Assembly: GCA_046498225.1 (NCBI GenBank) | Contig: JAWOBF010000149.1 | Coordinates: 1 to 14,121, forward strand | DNA: 14,121 nucleotides | From: Candidatus Aegiribacteria sp. | GTDB taxonomy: Bacteria > Fermentibacterota > Fermentibacteria > Fermentibacterales > JCC-6 | Direction of reading: 5' to 3' | Shown: in pieces, positions 1-7,799 of the stretch | Position numbering within the stretch: position 1 is the first letter of the stretch | Layout of the letters: each line of letters starts with the position of its first letter | Program-made: the position numbers and the translations under genes | Notes under the pieces: generated by a model | Told to the model about the DNA's origin: nothing | Seen by the model: only the letters and a program-made list of their open reading frames with translations | The model's database searches: none

Positions 1-248
1 CACGCAACCTGCGTAGTCAGATTCCAGAGTGTTTCTCTTCATACGGCACGCATTGAGGTATTCTGCATTGTCTTCCCACTGAGGACCAAGTATCTGGAGA
101 ATGGACATAATCGTTCTGTAATGATGGTTGCCGTGGGAGTACGTCTGGCGATCTCTCTATTGTGCAGCTCAACTTGAGTCACTCCAAAGAGAATCGCAAA
201 TATTCGTGCCCTGGTTCTGGATAAAAGCATCGATTCAAGTATGTTCAT
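1..248 (-). pseudogene. Deletion-fused relic of an HTH-nucleotidyltransferase (MNT) antitoxin N-terminus and a HEPN-like toxin C-terminus (runs off the left edge)
   Basis: ATG at 248 gives MNILESMLLSRTRARIFAILFGVTQVELHNREIARRT, a wHTH start typical of HTH-MNT proteins. A different frame over 135..1 reads HGNHHYRTIMSILQILGPQWEDNAEYLNACRMKRNTLESDYAGCV, resembling HEPN C-terminal helices (HHYR...YLxACRxKRN..YD-like). Confidence 0.6.
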
Positions 249-249
249 A

Positions 250-291
250 ATGCGTGTATATACTACGCATATGCGTGGTATGTTAACGCAT
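250..291. promoter_or_regulatory. Two tandem 21-bp palindromes ATGCGT-N9-ACGCAT, putative autoregulatory operator
   Basis: atgcgt-gtatatact-acgcat (250-270) directly followed by atgcgt-ggtatgtta-acgcat (271-291), immediately upstream of the HTH start codon at 248. Confidence 0.65.
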
Positions 292-325
292 ATCAATAAT
301 GAATGCTGAGAAGCAATCTCGGTGT

Positions 326-1678
326 TCAGAAACGCTCTTCGATTAGCCAGTCAAGATATTGGTTGAGATCACCAACCGCAAAGTGCGGCAGGTTTAGAAG
401 AGCGAATTCCCTTCCGGATCGTGTCCTTAGAGAATCGACCCTTACTTCCCCGCTATAGAACCTGACAGCAATATCGTGTTTCGAGTCTTCCATAAACCTG
501 TGAAGAGACCTCAGTCTGCCAGTGGCGCCTGATTTTACTTCCAAAGGGATCAATCTCTCGCCATGCTGTACAAGAAAGTCCACTTCAGCGCTGGAACCCC
601 GCTTCCCCCTTGCCCAGAATCTCAATGCCGGAAATCTGTTTCGATGATTTGCTGCTATTGCCTGTCCGATACACTGTTCTGCAAGTATACCTCTGAAGGC
701 TGAATTGAGGTCCTTTATTCCGATAGTTTCCCATTGTGCTCCAAGCAAATGCATGAGCAGACCGGAATCAACATACAGCAGTTTCGGGGATTTGCGCCGG
801 TTCTCCCTGATTGGCGGGTTCATGCTTCCTGAGGCGTGAACCAGATGAATGAGCATGGCTTTCTCAAGCGTCCTGATCGCTTCTCCGGCTTCCCTGGACC
901 TGTATGAAGACCCGCCAAAACCAGCATAGGTGATCCTATTGCCGGTCTCCGATGGCGCCGCCTCCAGACAGTGTCTGATGACCTCAGCCATTGTCCTATT
1001 TGATGCATACTTAGGTATATCATCAAGGAATGAGATCATCAGTGACGAATAGACCGTACTCAGTTCTTCAAGTTCAGCCCCTTCCAGTTTAGCATTCAAT
1101 ACTTCCGGCATTCCTCCCAGGATCGAATAATCCACGTATGCTTTGTAAAGAACAGGCACAGCATAGGATGGTACAGGTACCTTATTCAATTCATCAATCA
1201 TATCTTCACGGGCATAAGCTCTGAGGAATTCCCTGAAGGTGACCGGATACATGAAAGCATGTTCCACCCTGCCAACCGGGAACTGTATACTTTCGTTTGC
1301 CAGGTACAGTTCAAGCAGTGACCCGGATGCGATAACAGCCAACTCAGGTACATCTTCAAACAGATAGCGTAGATATTTAATTGCTTCGGGACATGCCTGA
1401 ATTTCATCTATGAACAGAATCGATCGACCGACAGGGGCTGTGACTCCTTTCGAAAGTCTTATGGCACTCAGCAGTTCTTTTGCTGTAAGATTCCGCTGGA
1501 ATACGTCCTTCTCTCCTGGAGCCTCAAGATTGACCTCGATGTATCCCGGGACTTCATCAGCGAACAGACGAACAGCAGACGTCTTTCCGCACTGCCTGAC
1601 CCCTCTTATCAGAAGAGGCTTTCTGTTATCACTCCTATACCATCTCTTCATGTAATCAACAATATGTCTACCAAACAC
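326..1678 (-). CDS. ATP-binding protein, AAA_14 ATPase plus DUF4143 with C-terminal PD-(D/E)xK-like motif
   Basis: Walker A GVRQCGKT, Walker B ILFIDEIQ, SGS motif, KLLYVDSGLL, and EVDFL...PLEVKSG tail. Start reassigned to GTG at 1678 (AGGAGG 6 nt upstream; N-terminus MFGRHIVDYMKRW). Confidence 0.9.
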   Translation of the reverse strand: MFGRHIVDYMKRWYRSDNRKPLLIRGVRQCGKTSAVRLFADEVPGYIEVNLEAPGEKDVFQRNLTAKELLSAIRLSKGVTAPVGRSILFIDEIQACPEAIKYLRYLFEDVPELAVIASGSLLELYLANESIQFPVGRVEHAFMYPVTFREFLRAYAREDMIDELNKVPVPSYAVPVLYKAYVDYSILGGMPEVLNAKLEGAELEELSTVYSSLMISFLDDIPKYASNRTMAEVIRHCLEAAPSETGNRITYAGFGGSSYRSREAGEAIRTLEKAMLIHLVHASGSMNPPIRENRRKSPKLLYVDSGLLMHLLGAQWETIGIKDLNSAFRGILAEQCIGQAIAANHRNRFPALRFWARGKRGSSAEVDFLVQHGERLIPLEVKSGATGRLRSLHRFMEDSKHDIAVRFYSGEVRVDSLRTRSGREFALLNLPHFAVGDLNQYLDWLIEERF

Positions 1679-1836
1679 TCTGCACCTCCTGTGTATACAT
1701 AACACAGATCTTGTAACAAATACAACCCTTATTATTACAAATTATGTTACTATTTAGGGGCAATTTTCTCTTTCCTGAAACTAATTTCACCCCATTCGGC
1801 ATGAAACAGGAGTATCCTGAAGTTATCTGTTCCAGG

Positions 1837-2175
1837 CTAACTCAGTGTGTAGAGCTTCTGTAGAGCTTCTGAGATTACGTTTTGGGGAGCGGTTCCCGCA
1901 ATTTCAGCTTCTCGTGCCCTCCAGTCCAGGCTCTTTACCTGATCTGAAAGAATCACGCCTTTCATGGAACAATCCTCAGACAAATCGACTTCAAATGGGT
2001 AGCCCTTTTTCTTGCTGGTTATAGGACACATCAACGCTAATCCAACCTTTTCGTTGTATTCTCTTGGAGATAGAACAAGTGCCGGACTTCGCCCTTTCTG
2101 TTCATATCCTTTCTGCGGGTCGAAGGAAAGCCAGATGAGATCACCTCTTTCAGGTGCTTCTTTTGATACTACCAT
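1837..2175 (-). CDS. mazF: MazF/PemK-family endoribonuclease toxin
   Basis: PERGDLIWLSFDPQKGYEQKGRSPALVLS...YN...CPITSKKKGYPFEV...GVILSDQVKSLDWRAR is the classic MazF pattern. Start overlaps the antitoxin stop. Confidence 0.93.
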   Translation of the reverse strand: MVVSKEAPERGDLIWLSFDPQKGYEQKGRSPALVLSPREYNEKVGLALMCPITSKKKGYPFEVDLSEDCSMKGVILSDQVKSLDWRAREAEIAGTAPQNVISEALQKLYTLS

Positions 2176-2405
2176 TCCTCAACATCTGTTCCGGTTCCAG
2201 TATCGATCTCCCCATGGAGATTCTCATCCGTAATCTCACTGAGCATATCCTTGAGCCTGTATCTGTGCTTGGGTTCGAGTATAAGCATTCCATCCCTGGC
2301 CACCATTTCCAGCTCTGCTTTTTTCATCAATACTCAGTTCTTCCGAAATAGCTTTCGGTATTCGAACAACCAGGCTGTTTCCCATTTTCTGACTGTTGTC
2401 TTCAT
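2169..2405 (-). pseudogene. mazE: MazE/AbrB-family antitoxin with two frameshifts
   Basis: GGAGG then ATG at 2405 reads MKTTVRKW. A missing G at 2381-2383 shifts to GNSLVVRIPKAISEELSIDEK. An extra A in the run at 2319-2324 shifts back to AELEMVARDGMLILEPKHRYRLKDMLSEITDENLHGEIDTGTGTDVEEW* (stop 2169-2171). Repaired length is 78 aa. Confidence 0.85.
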
Positions 2406-2414
2406 AACACCTCC

Positions 2415-2432
2415 GTATATACAATGTATACA
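2415..2432. promoter_or_regulatory. Putative mazEF operator (adjacent short palindromes)
   Basis: GTATATAC (2415-2422) and TGTATACA (2425-2432) lie just upstream of the mazE RBS and resemble AbrB-type TA operator palindromes. Confidence 0.5.
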
Positions 2433-2524
2433 CCACTTCGTTATCAGCGAGTCAAATGCTTATGTTCTTTGAATTTGCATGATATTTAATATTTGATGAT
2501 AGTACGGTAATAATTCGATAATGC

Positions 2525-2688
2525 TTCAAACGCCCCGCTACGAAAGTGAAACCCCTGTCTTCGGGGGTTTTTCTTTCGTAGTGAAGCCGGTGATTCGGAC
2601 ATTCAACCGAAGGTTGAAGCCTGACCTACGGTTAGATTGTGAGTTTACACTGAACGAGCGAGTCGAGGTGAATCCCACCCCCTCCGAC
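2525..2688. repeat. Multi-hairpin non-coding element bounded by tRNA-3'-end-like sequences (REP-like / tRNA-associated relic); first hairpin may act as a terminator
   Basis: Long stem: ctacgaaag 2538-2546 / ctttcgtag 2573-2581 with inner aaacccc/ggggttt. Further hairpins at 2587-2598, 2602-2618 (ttcaacc-gaa-ggttgaa) and 2621-2635. The ends read ttcaaacgccccgctac and gaatcccaccccctccgac. Confidence 0.45.
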
Positions 2689-2723
2689 ACTGCATTATGA
2701 ACTTCGATTCAAATGCTGTTATC

Positions 2724-3890
2724 TCATTCATCATCGACATCATCCTCTTGATCTATAATGTCGATGATCTCCCTGGCGACATACACCCTGTTTCTTTTTT
2801 GGCCCGTAGTCTCTTCCAATATCCCGGACGCAATAAGTTTCTCAATGTTCAGTTGTGTTGACCGTGGTGTTACTCCAAGTTTCTCTGTCGCCATGGGATT
2901 CGTTATTGCTGGATATTCAAAGAGGTAATCAACCATTTGAAGCAGAAGTGCCGAAGCTCTTGCCTCCTGAAGCCTGTCACGATACTCATGCCATAGCTCA
3001 AGCAGTCTGTCAGATCTGGCGACAGCATCTTTTGATTGAACCTCTACTGCTCGCAGGAAGAACATTATCCAGTCCTCCCAGGCCCCTTTCCTGCTTACAT
3101 CAAGAAGCAGGTCGTAATACCTGTTCCTGTTTCTTTCGAAGAAGGCACTAAGGTAGAGCAATGGCTGGGGAAGCAGCTCATACGCTACAAGTTGTAACGC
3201 TGTCAGGAGTCGTCCGATTCGGCCATTCCCGTCCAAAAACGGGTGTATGGACTCGAATTGATAGTGGATCATGGCAAGTCTGATCAGTGGAGGCGTATCC
3301 GTTTCAGTATGGAAATAGTACTCAAGGTCTGAAAGGGCATCCTCCATCTCGCTAGCAGGCGGAGGAACATAACTGGCGCCTGAGAGTGAGCATCCGGGGG
3401 GACCAATCCAGTTCTGGGATCGTCTGAACTCACCTGGTGTACTCTTGTAGGCTCTGACTTCATTCATCAGTATGGAATGGAGTCCTTTGATCAACCGCAA
3501 TGACATGGGAAGATCGCTGAGTCTTGCAAGTCCATATTCCATTGCCTTGACATAGTTTGCAACTTCACGAACATCTGGAACCTGCTCTTCTCTTATTCTC
3601 GCTGCCTCGAAGTAGAGCAAATCTGAGAAGGATGCTTGTGTTCCTTCAATCTTGCTGGAGATCACTGCTTCCTGTTTCATGAATGGACCGATGAGCAAAT
3701 GGGGATTGGGCAGTGTCCTTGCAACTCCAGCCAGTTCACTGACTGCCCTGTCAGCATCCGATAACCTGCTGATCAACGCCATATTCAATTCGATCTCTGG
3801 CTCAAGAGGTGCAGGCACATAAGCCCGGTAATCCTGTGGCGTCTTGACTATTCTACCACCAGGATGCTCGATGAAATCAGAGAGGTGCAC
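2724..3890 (-). CDS. Fic family protein (AMPylase) with N-terminal inhibitory motif and C-terminal HTH
   Basis: Canonical HPFLDGNGRIGR motif, SSKIEG (S/T)xxxE(G/N) inhibitory helix, GEFRRSQNWIG, and C-terminal wHTH-like segment. GTG start with GGAGG at 3899-3903. Confidence 0.93.
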   Translation of the reverse strand: MHLSDFIEHPGGRIVKTPQDYRAYVPAPLEPEIELNMALISRLSDADRAVSELAGVARTLPNPHLLIGPFMKQEAVISSKIEGTQASFSDLLYFEAARIREEQVPDVREVANYVKAMEYGLARLSDLPMSLRLIKGLHSILMNEVRAYKSTPGEFRRSQNWIGPPGCSLSGASYVPPPASEMEDALSDLEYYFHTETDTPPLIRLAMIHYQFESIHPFLDGNGRIGRLLTALQLVAYELLPQPLLYLSAFFERNRNRYYDLLLDVSRKGAWEDWIMFFLRAVEVQSKDAVARSDRLLELWHEYRDRLQEARASALLLQMVDYLFEYPAITNPMATEKLGVTPRSTQLNIEKLIASGILEETTGQKRNRVYVAREIIDIIDQEDDVDDE

Positions 3891-3931
3891 TTATTATACC
3901 TCCGTACCACACCTGCACTCTTATTATACCT
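3886..3931. promoter_or_regulatory. Direct repeat CTTATTATACCT x2 at 30-bp spacing over the fic start region
   Basis: tgcacttattatacct (3886-3901) and tgcactcttattatacct (3914-3931). Confidence 0.45.
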
Positions 3932-3994
3932 AATGATGATAATGTATAATTAAATATTATAAGTCAATGCAGAGTCCATTCATTGATTCGGGAT

Positions 3995-4049
3995 CAGCCA
4001 ACTCAGGGACATCTTCAAACAGATAGCGGGAATAATTGATTGCCTGGGA
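3995..4049 (-). pseudogene. Short orphan copy of an internal segment of the AAA_14-DUF4143 gene
   Basis: 3995-4028 matches 1336-1369 at 33 of 34 nt, and looser similarity continues to ~4049 versus ~1391. Confidence 0.75.
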
Positions 4050-4114
4050 TGTTCAATTCTTTCACTGAATTGACCTTTGCTAAGCAGCCAGAAGTAACGT
4101 ACTGCCGCGAGCCT

Positions 4115-4750
4115 CTATCTGTACAGACCTTTTATGCTACCCCATGTTTCGTTATCCAGAACGAGACTTGATCCGGTAACCGGATACCAGACTATTATAT
4201 CGTCGCTGTAGAAGCTATGTGGAACTCCGGTGAAGTTACCAGAACCATCCGTCAGCAGCCATGGCCCCCCACCTGCTGACTGCTCCGTATCCGCGATGAC
4301 CCAGAAGCAGTCGTTTGCAATAATATGTGGCTCATAGTCTATAATTGTTGGACTGTAATGAAGTGCCAATGCCTCCTGTTCATCGATCTGTTCCAGGGGT
4401 GCATTTTCACATCCATGCCATAATTCGGCCGCGAATTCATCCGTATCCCATGGATACAGTGGGTGATGATAGAACCAGAATTCAGCACAAGTTAACTCTA
4501 CTTCAAAGGGGGGAGAGATAAGGAAGTCCTCTGTACTGAACATCACGCCCTTGAAGTTCCCTGTGTCAGTGGCCCAGCAAGGCTCTTCATCATCGTAATG
4601 AAGCTCATAGGTATACATCCAATACATGTACTCGACGCTTATGAGATAGTCCCTTTCATCAGCTCCATCAGCAAGAGGACCGATCTCCGAAGAGAGGCAG
4701 AGTGCAGGTAACGCCAGCAGCGGCAGGTACCCTCGTACAGCTATCTGCAT
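4115..4750 (-). CDS. Exported hypothetical protein with C-terminal TWGSIKGLYR motif (paralog 1)
   Basis: Signal-peptide-like MQIAVRGYLPLLALPALCLS from ATG 4750 (start uncertain; the ORF is open to 4798). Acidic/aromatic body, clearly paralogous to 5212..5829. Confidence 0.8.
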   Translation of the reverse strand: MQIAVRGYLPLLALPALCLSSEIGPLADGADERDYLISVEYMYWMYTYELHYDDEEPCWATDTGNFKGVMFSTEDFLISPPFEVELTCAEFWFYHHPLYPWDTDEFAAELWHGCENAPLEQIDEQEALALHYSPTIIDYEPHIIANDCFWVIADTEQSAGGGPWLLTDGSGNFTGVPHSFYSDDIIVWYPVTGSSLVLDNETWGSIKGLYR

Positions 4751-4903
4751 GAGCCCCTGAAAGTTCACGGTCACCCCTCTTTCTCTGCCAAACCCCAATC
4801 AGTCTATAACATGGAGGGCATCCCCGGGTCAATGTCCTTGAAACCAATGAAATGACAATATCGAGTGGCCTTCTTCAGGCAGGGTGTGTCTTCTGCTGGC
4901 TGA

Positions 4904-5035
4904 CTAGCAGACTCTGACAGACCCGAACTGTTCGGCGATCTCTCTGTTGTGCATCTCATCATGAACCACTCCAGAGAACATCGTGAATCTTCCGGTTCTT
5001 GTCCTTGATGAAAGCACAATTTCAAGAGTATTCAT
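4904..5035 (-). pseudogene. Second degenerate copy of the HTH(-MNT) N-terminus
   Basis: MNTLEIVLSSRTRTGRFTMFSGVVHDEMHNREIAE aligns with the product of 248..~140. It frameshifts into SGLSESA (recognition helix). A half operator atgcgtgtgtaaact remains at 5037-5051. Confidence 0.75.
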
Positions 5036-5211
5036 GATGCGTGTGTAAACTGCTTCTTGAAATGGGCTCCAACTGCGATAGTGGAAGGGAATCCCACTTC
5101 CTCAGCTGTACTTTGTGTGATTGTTTCAGTTATCATTTGATCTCGAATAATCCGGAGATGTACCTTGAATACCTGGGCCGGCACCCGGAGATGCTCGAGC
5201 GGAGGTGCTGA

Positions 5212-5829
5212 TCAGCGAAAGAGGCCCTTGAGCAATCCCCAGGTGGTCGACTCTATTCTCACACTGCCGGATGTGAAGGGCTCCCAGTTCTCCAGATCGT
5301 AGCTGAAGAAGCTTCTCGGCTCTCCCGTGAAGTTCCCGCTCTCGTCCAAGATGAGAGTGGGGGTGCCGTTCCCTGAAAGGTTAGTATTGGCCAGAACCCA
5401 GAAGTGATCAGGACAGATAATGGGTGGATCATAGTCGATGATCACAGCACTGAAATGCAGCGCGGTTGCCCTGGTACGGTCAAGCATCTCAATCTGGGGT
5501 GCTCCCTCCAGTCCGATCCATACTTCCGTATAGAGATGGTCGGTGTCCCAGGGCTTGGAGCTAGAGTGGTAGAACCAGAACTCGCTGTAAGCCAGGTCAA
5601 GGGAGCTGAGGCCGAAATCCTGCATATGAAACCAGACCGCCTTGTAGTCGCCGGCACAGCTGATCCAGAAGGGAGTACCGTCATCGTACTGAGCAAAATC
5701 CCTCGAACCCAGATATCCTTGCGCCCTGATGAAGAGATCGACCTCTTCTCCCTCTGCTCCGGACCGGAGGGGCTGTATCTGGTCGCCAAGAGCGGAGACG
5801 ATGACCGTGATCAGTATCAGGGTAATCAT
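5212..5829 (-). CDS. Exported hypothetical protein with C-terminal TWGLLKGLFR motif (paralog 2)
   Basis: GGAGG-5nt-ATG at 5829 and hydrophobic N-terminus MITLILITVIVSALG. Shares EFWFYH..PWDTD, ALH(Y/F)S, FWV and SGNFTG blocks with paralog 1. Confidence 0.82.
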   Translation of the reverse strand: MITLILITVIVSALGDQIQPLRSGAEGEEVDLFIRAQGYLGSRDFAQYDDGTPFWISCAGDYKAVWFHMQDFGLSSLDLAYSEFWFYHSSSKPWDTDHLYTEVWIGLEGAPQIEMLDRTRATALHFSAVIIDYDPPIICPDHFWVLANTNLSGNGTPTLILDESGNFTGEPRSFFSYDLENWEPFTSGSVRIESTTWGLLKGLFR

Positions 5830-6044
5830 TCGTACCTCCGGAACTAATTTAGTAAGCGCCGCAAGTATTGACAAGAGGCCGGTTTAGAAACTGGCCAGGA
5901 AATCCTCGGAAGGGAGAAAGCAATCCGGATCTTCCGCCAATCAGGGATCACCGTTCGGACTTATCGGGGCGCTGCTGAATGAATCGGATGCGGTAGAGGT
6001 TCATGAGTCGGCATACTTATTCGGACCTGACCAGCGGCCAGGCG

Positions 6045-7799
6045 CTAAGGCTGAACTGAGCCCGTCTCCCCTGACAGTCTCTCGATGTTCCTGCGTGCCG
6101 GTTCCAGGGAAGGGTCCAGCTGAAGAGCACGCTGGAAACAGTCCAGGGCCTCCTCGAATTCCCCCATGCCTGCAAGGCTGCTTCCCAGATTCTGCCATGC
6201 CACCGCGAAGGACGGTTCCAGGGCCAGCGCGTTCCGGTAGGCTTCGGCAGCCCTCTGCAGGTCGCCGGTCTGCATCAGGGTGTTCCCGAGGTTGAAATAT
6301 GCAACGGGATCATTCGGTTCGAGACTGAGGGCCTTCCGATAATCCTCCGCGGCCATGGCAGGTTCTCCCGCGATTCGAAAGAGGTTGCCCCTGTTTATGT
6401 AGTAAGCCGGCACATCCGGTTCCAGCCCTATCGCCAGGTTGTAGTATTCCATGGCCTTTCCGGGCTCTCCCTGCGAAAGGTAGTGCTGGCCAAGGTTGTA
6501 GTAGGCGAAGGAAGCATCCGGATATCTCCTCAGCACATCCATCCACAGCGTAGTGGAATCTTCCCAGACGCTGAGGCGCCGCACGGTGAGAAAGCAGGAG
6601 GAGGCAAAACAGCCCGCCGCCAGGATTATGAGGGGGAACCTCGCGCTTCTGAAGGCCCGCCAGACTTTTCCGGCCAGGAAGTATACGCACAGGAGCAGGC
6701 CCACCGAAGGCAGGTAGGAGAACCTGTTGGCCATGGGCGCCCGGCCGAAGGGGACCAGCTGCAGCACGGGGGCCACGGTTATTACGTAGAACAGAATTCC
6801 GAACTGGAGCTTTCGGTCGCGCCTCAGCCTTCCTGAGAGAAGGAAAAGGACCGCCGCCAGGACAGGGGCGGCTGCCACCGCGATGGAGCCCGGCGAGAGC
6901 AGGTCCTGCGGGGTGAGGTACACGGCGGATAGACCAGCCGGCCAGAAGGTCGCCACAGGGTAGAAAGCCAGGTTCCGGAATACGAGAACCGTACGTTCCG
7001 TCAGGGAGAGGCCTGCCAGGGGTTCGTAGCCTGTTACAGCTCCGTGTGCCAGGACGGTGGGAACGAGAAGGGCGGCGCCCGCCAGAGCGAACGGCAGAAG
7101 CCTCAGGAGCAGCCCGGAGTCGAGTCTGCGGCCCCTCAGCGTCATCTCGCTGGCCAGGAGCAGGAGCGGCAGCACGGCAGCCGAGGCCTTGCATAACATG
7201 GCAAGGGTGAACAAGCCCAGGGAAAGAAAGTAGCCGCGTTGCTGAAAAGTGTTACGGGAATCTTCCGGACCTATGTAGGCCAGAAAGGAGGACAGGAGGA
7301 AAAGTGTGCTTAGAAGGCCTTTCTGTTCGGTTACCCAGGCCACCGATTCCACCCTCATGGGGTGGATGGCGAAGAAGGCCGCCACGAACAGGGATAGGAC
7401 ACGGCTGTGGAAGAGGCGGCGTGTAAGCAGGTAGATCAGGGCGATGTTGACAAGGTGCAGCAGCAGGCTGACAGCATGGAAAGCCCCGGGGTCGGTTCCC
7501 GAGAGCCAGCTGGTGATGTTCATAAGCAGGGTTACCAGCGGCTGGTAGTGGGAGGTGACGGTGGTCCCGAATATCTCCAGGGTGTTCTGCGGCCCCGGGG
7601 TGGAAAGCACAAGGGGGTTCTCCGTTACCTGCTGGGGATCGTCCCAGGTAACGAACTCAAAACCGGTGACCCGGACGAAGCAGACCACGGTAAGCAGAAG
7701 GATCAGGCCGAGCCCGAGCGACCCCGCCCAACCGGCTCTCGCATCGGATCCGAGGGGCTGTTCCATGGCTTTCCGCTGCATGCCCGCGGCAGGGATCAT
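6045..7799 (-). CDS. TMTC-like GT-C fold membrane glycosyltransferase (putative protein O-mannosyltransferase) with C-terminal TPR repeats
   Basis: FVTWDD acidic first loop, YQPL, HPMRVESVAWV, many TM helices, ANRFSYLPSVG, W.D..TLW, then about 4 TPRs (AYYNLG, YYINRG, AYFNLG, AWQNLG). AGGAGAGG RBS. Confidence 0.85.
   Translation of the reverse strand: MIPAAGMQRKAMEQPLGSDARAGWAGSLGLGLILLLTVVCFVRVTGFEFVTWDDPQQVTENPLVLSTPGPQNTLEIFGTTVTSHYQPLVTLLMNITSWLSGTDPGAFHAVSLLLHLVNIALIYLLTRRLFHSRVLSLFVAAFFAIHPMRVESVAWVTEQKGLLSTLFLLSSFLAYIGPEDSRNTFQQRGYFLSLGLFTLAMLCKASAAVLPLLLLASEMTLRGRRLDSGLLLRLLPFALAGAALLVPTVLAHGAVTGYEPLAGLSLTERTVLVFRNLAFYPVATFWPAGLSAVYLTPQDLLSPGSIAVAAAPVLAAVLFLLSGRLRRDRKLQFGILFYVITVAPVLQLVPFGRAPMANRFSYLPSVGLLLCVYFLAGKVWRAFRSARFPLIILAAGCFASSCFLTVRRLSVWEDSTTLWMDVLRRYPDASFAYYNLGQHYLSQGEPGKAMEYYNLAIGLEPDVPAYYINRGNLFRIAGEPAMAAEDYRKALSLEPNDPVAYFNLGNTLMQTGDLQRAAEAYRNALALEPSFAVAWQNLGSSLAGMGEFEEALDCFQRALQLDPSLEPARRNIERLSGETGSVQP

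Noticed and set aside
1756..1832. Weak inverted repeats between the ATPase and mazF as a terminator or operator
   Set aside because: The stems are short and mismatched, with no convincing U-tract.
2236..2436. 66-aa ORF from the track as an independent gene
   Set aside because: It is the middle frame of the frameshifted mazE.
2525..2688. Complete tRNA gene
   Set aside because: Only 3'-end-like fragments are present. There is no intact GTTCRA T-loop in register, no matching 5' acceptor strand, and no clear anticodon arm.
1..5829. Integron cassette array (co-oriented TA and hypothetical genes)
   Set aside because: No integrase and no repeated attC sites after the genes. The one RYYYAAC...GTTRRRY pair (2601-2637) spans only 37 bp, too short for attC.
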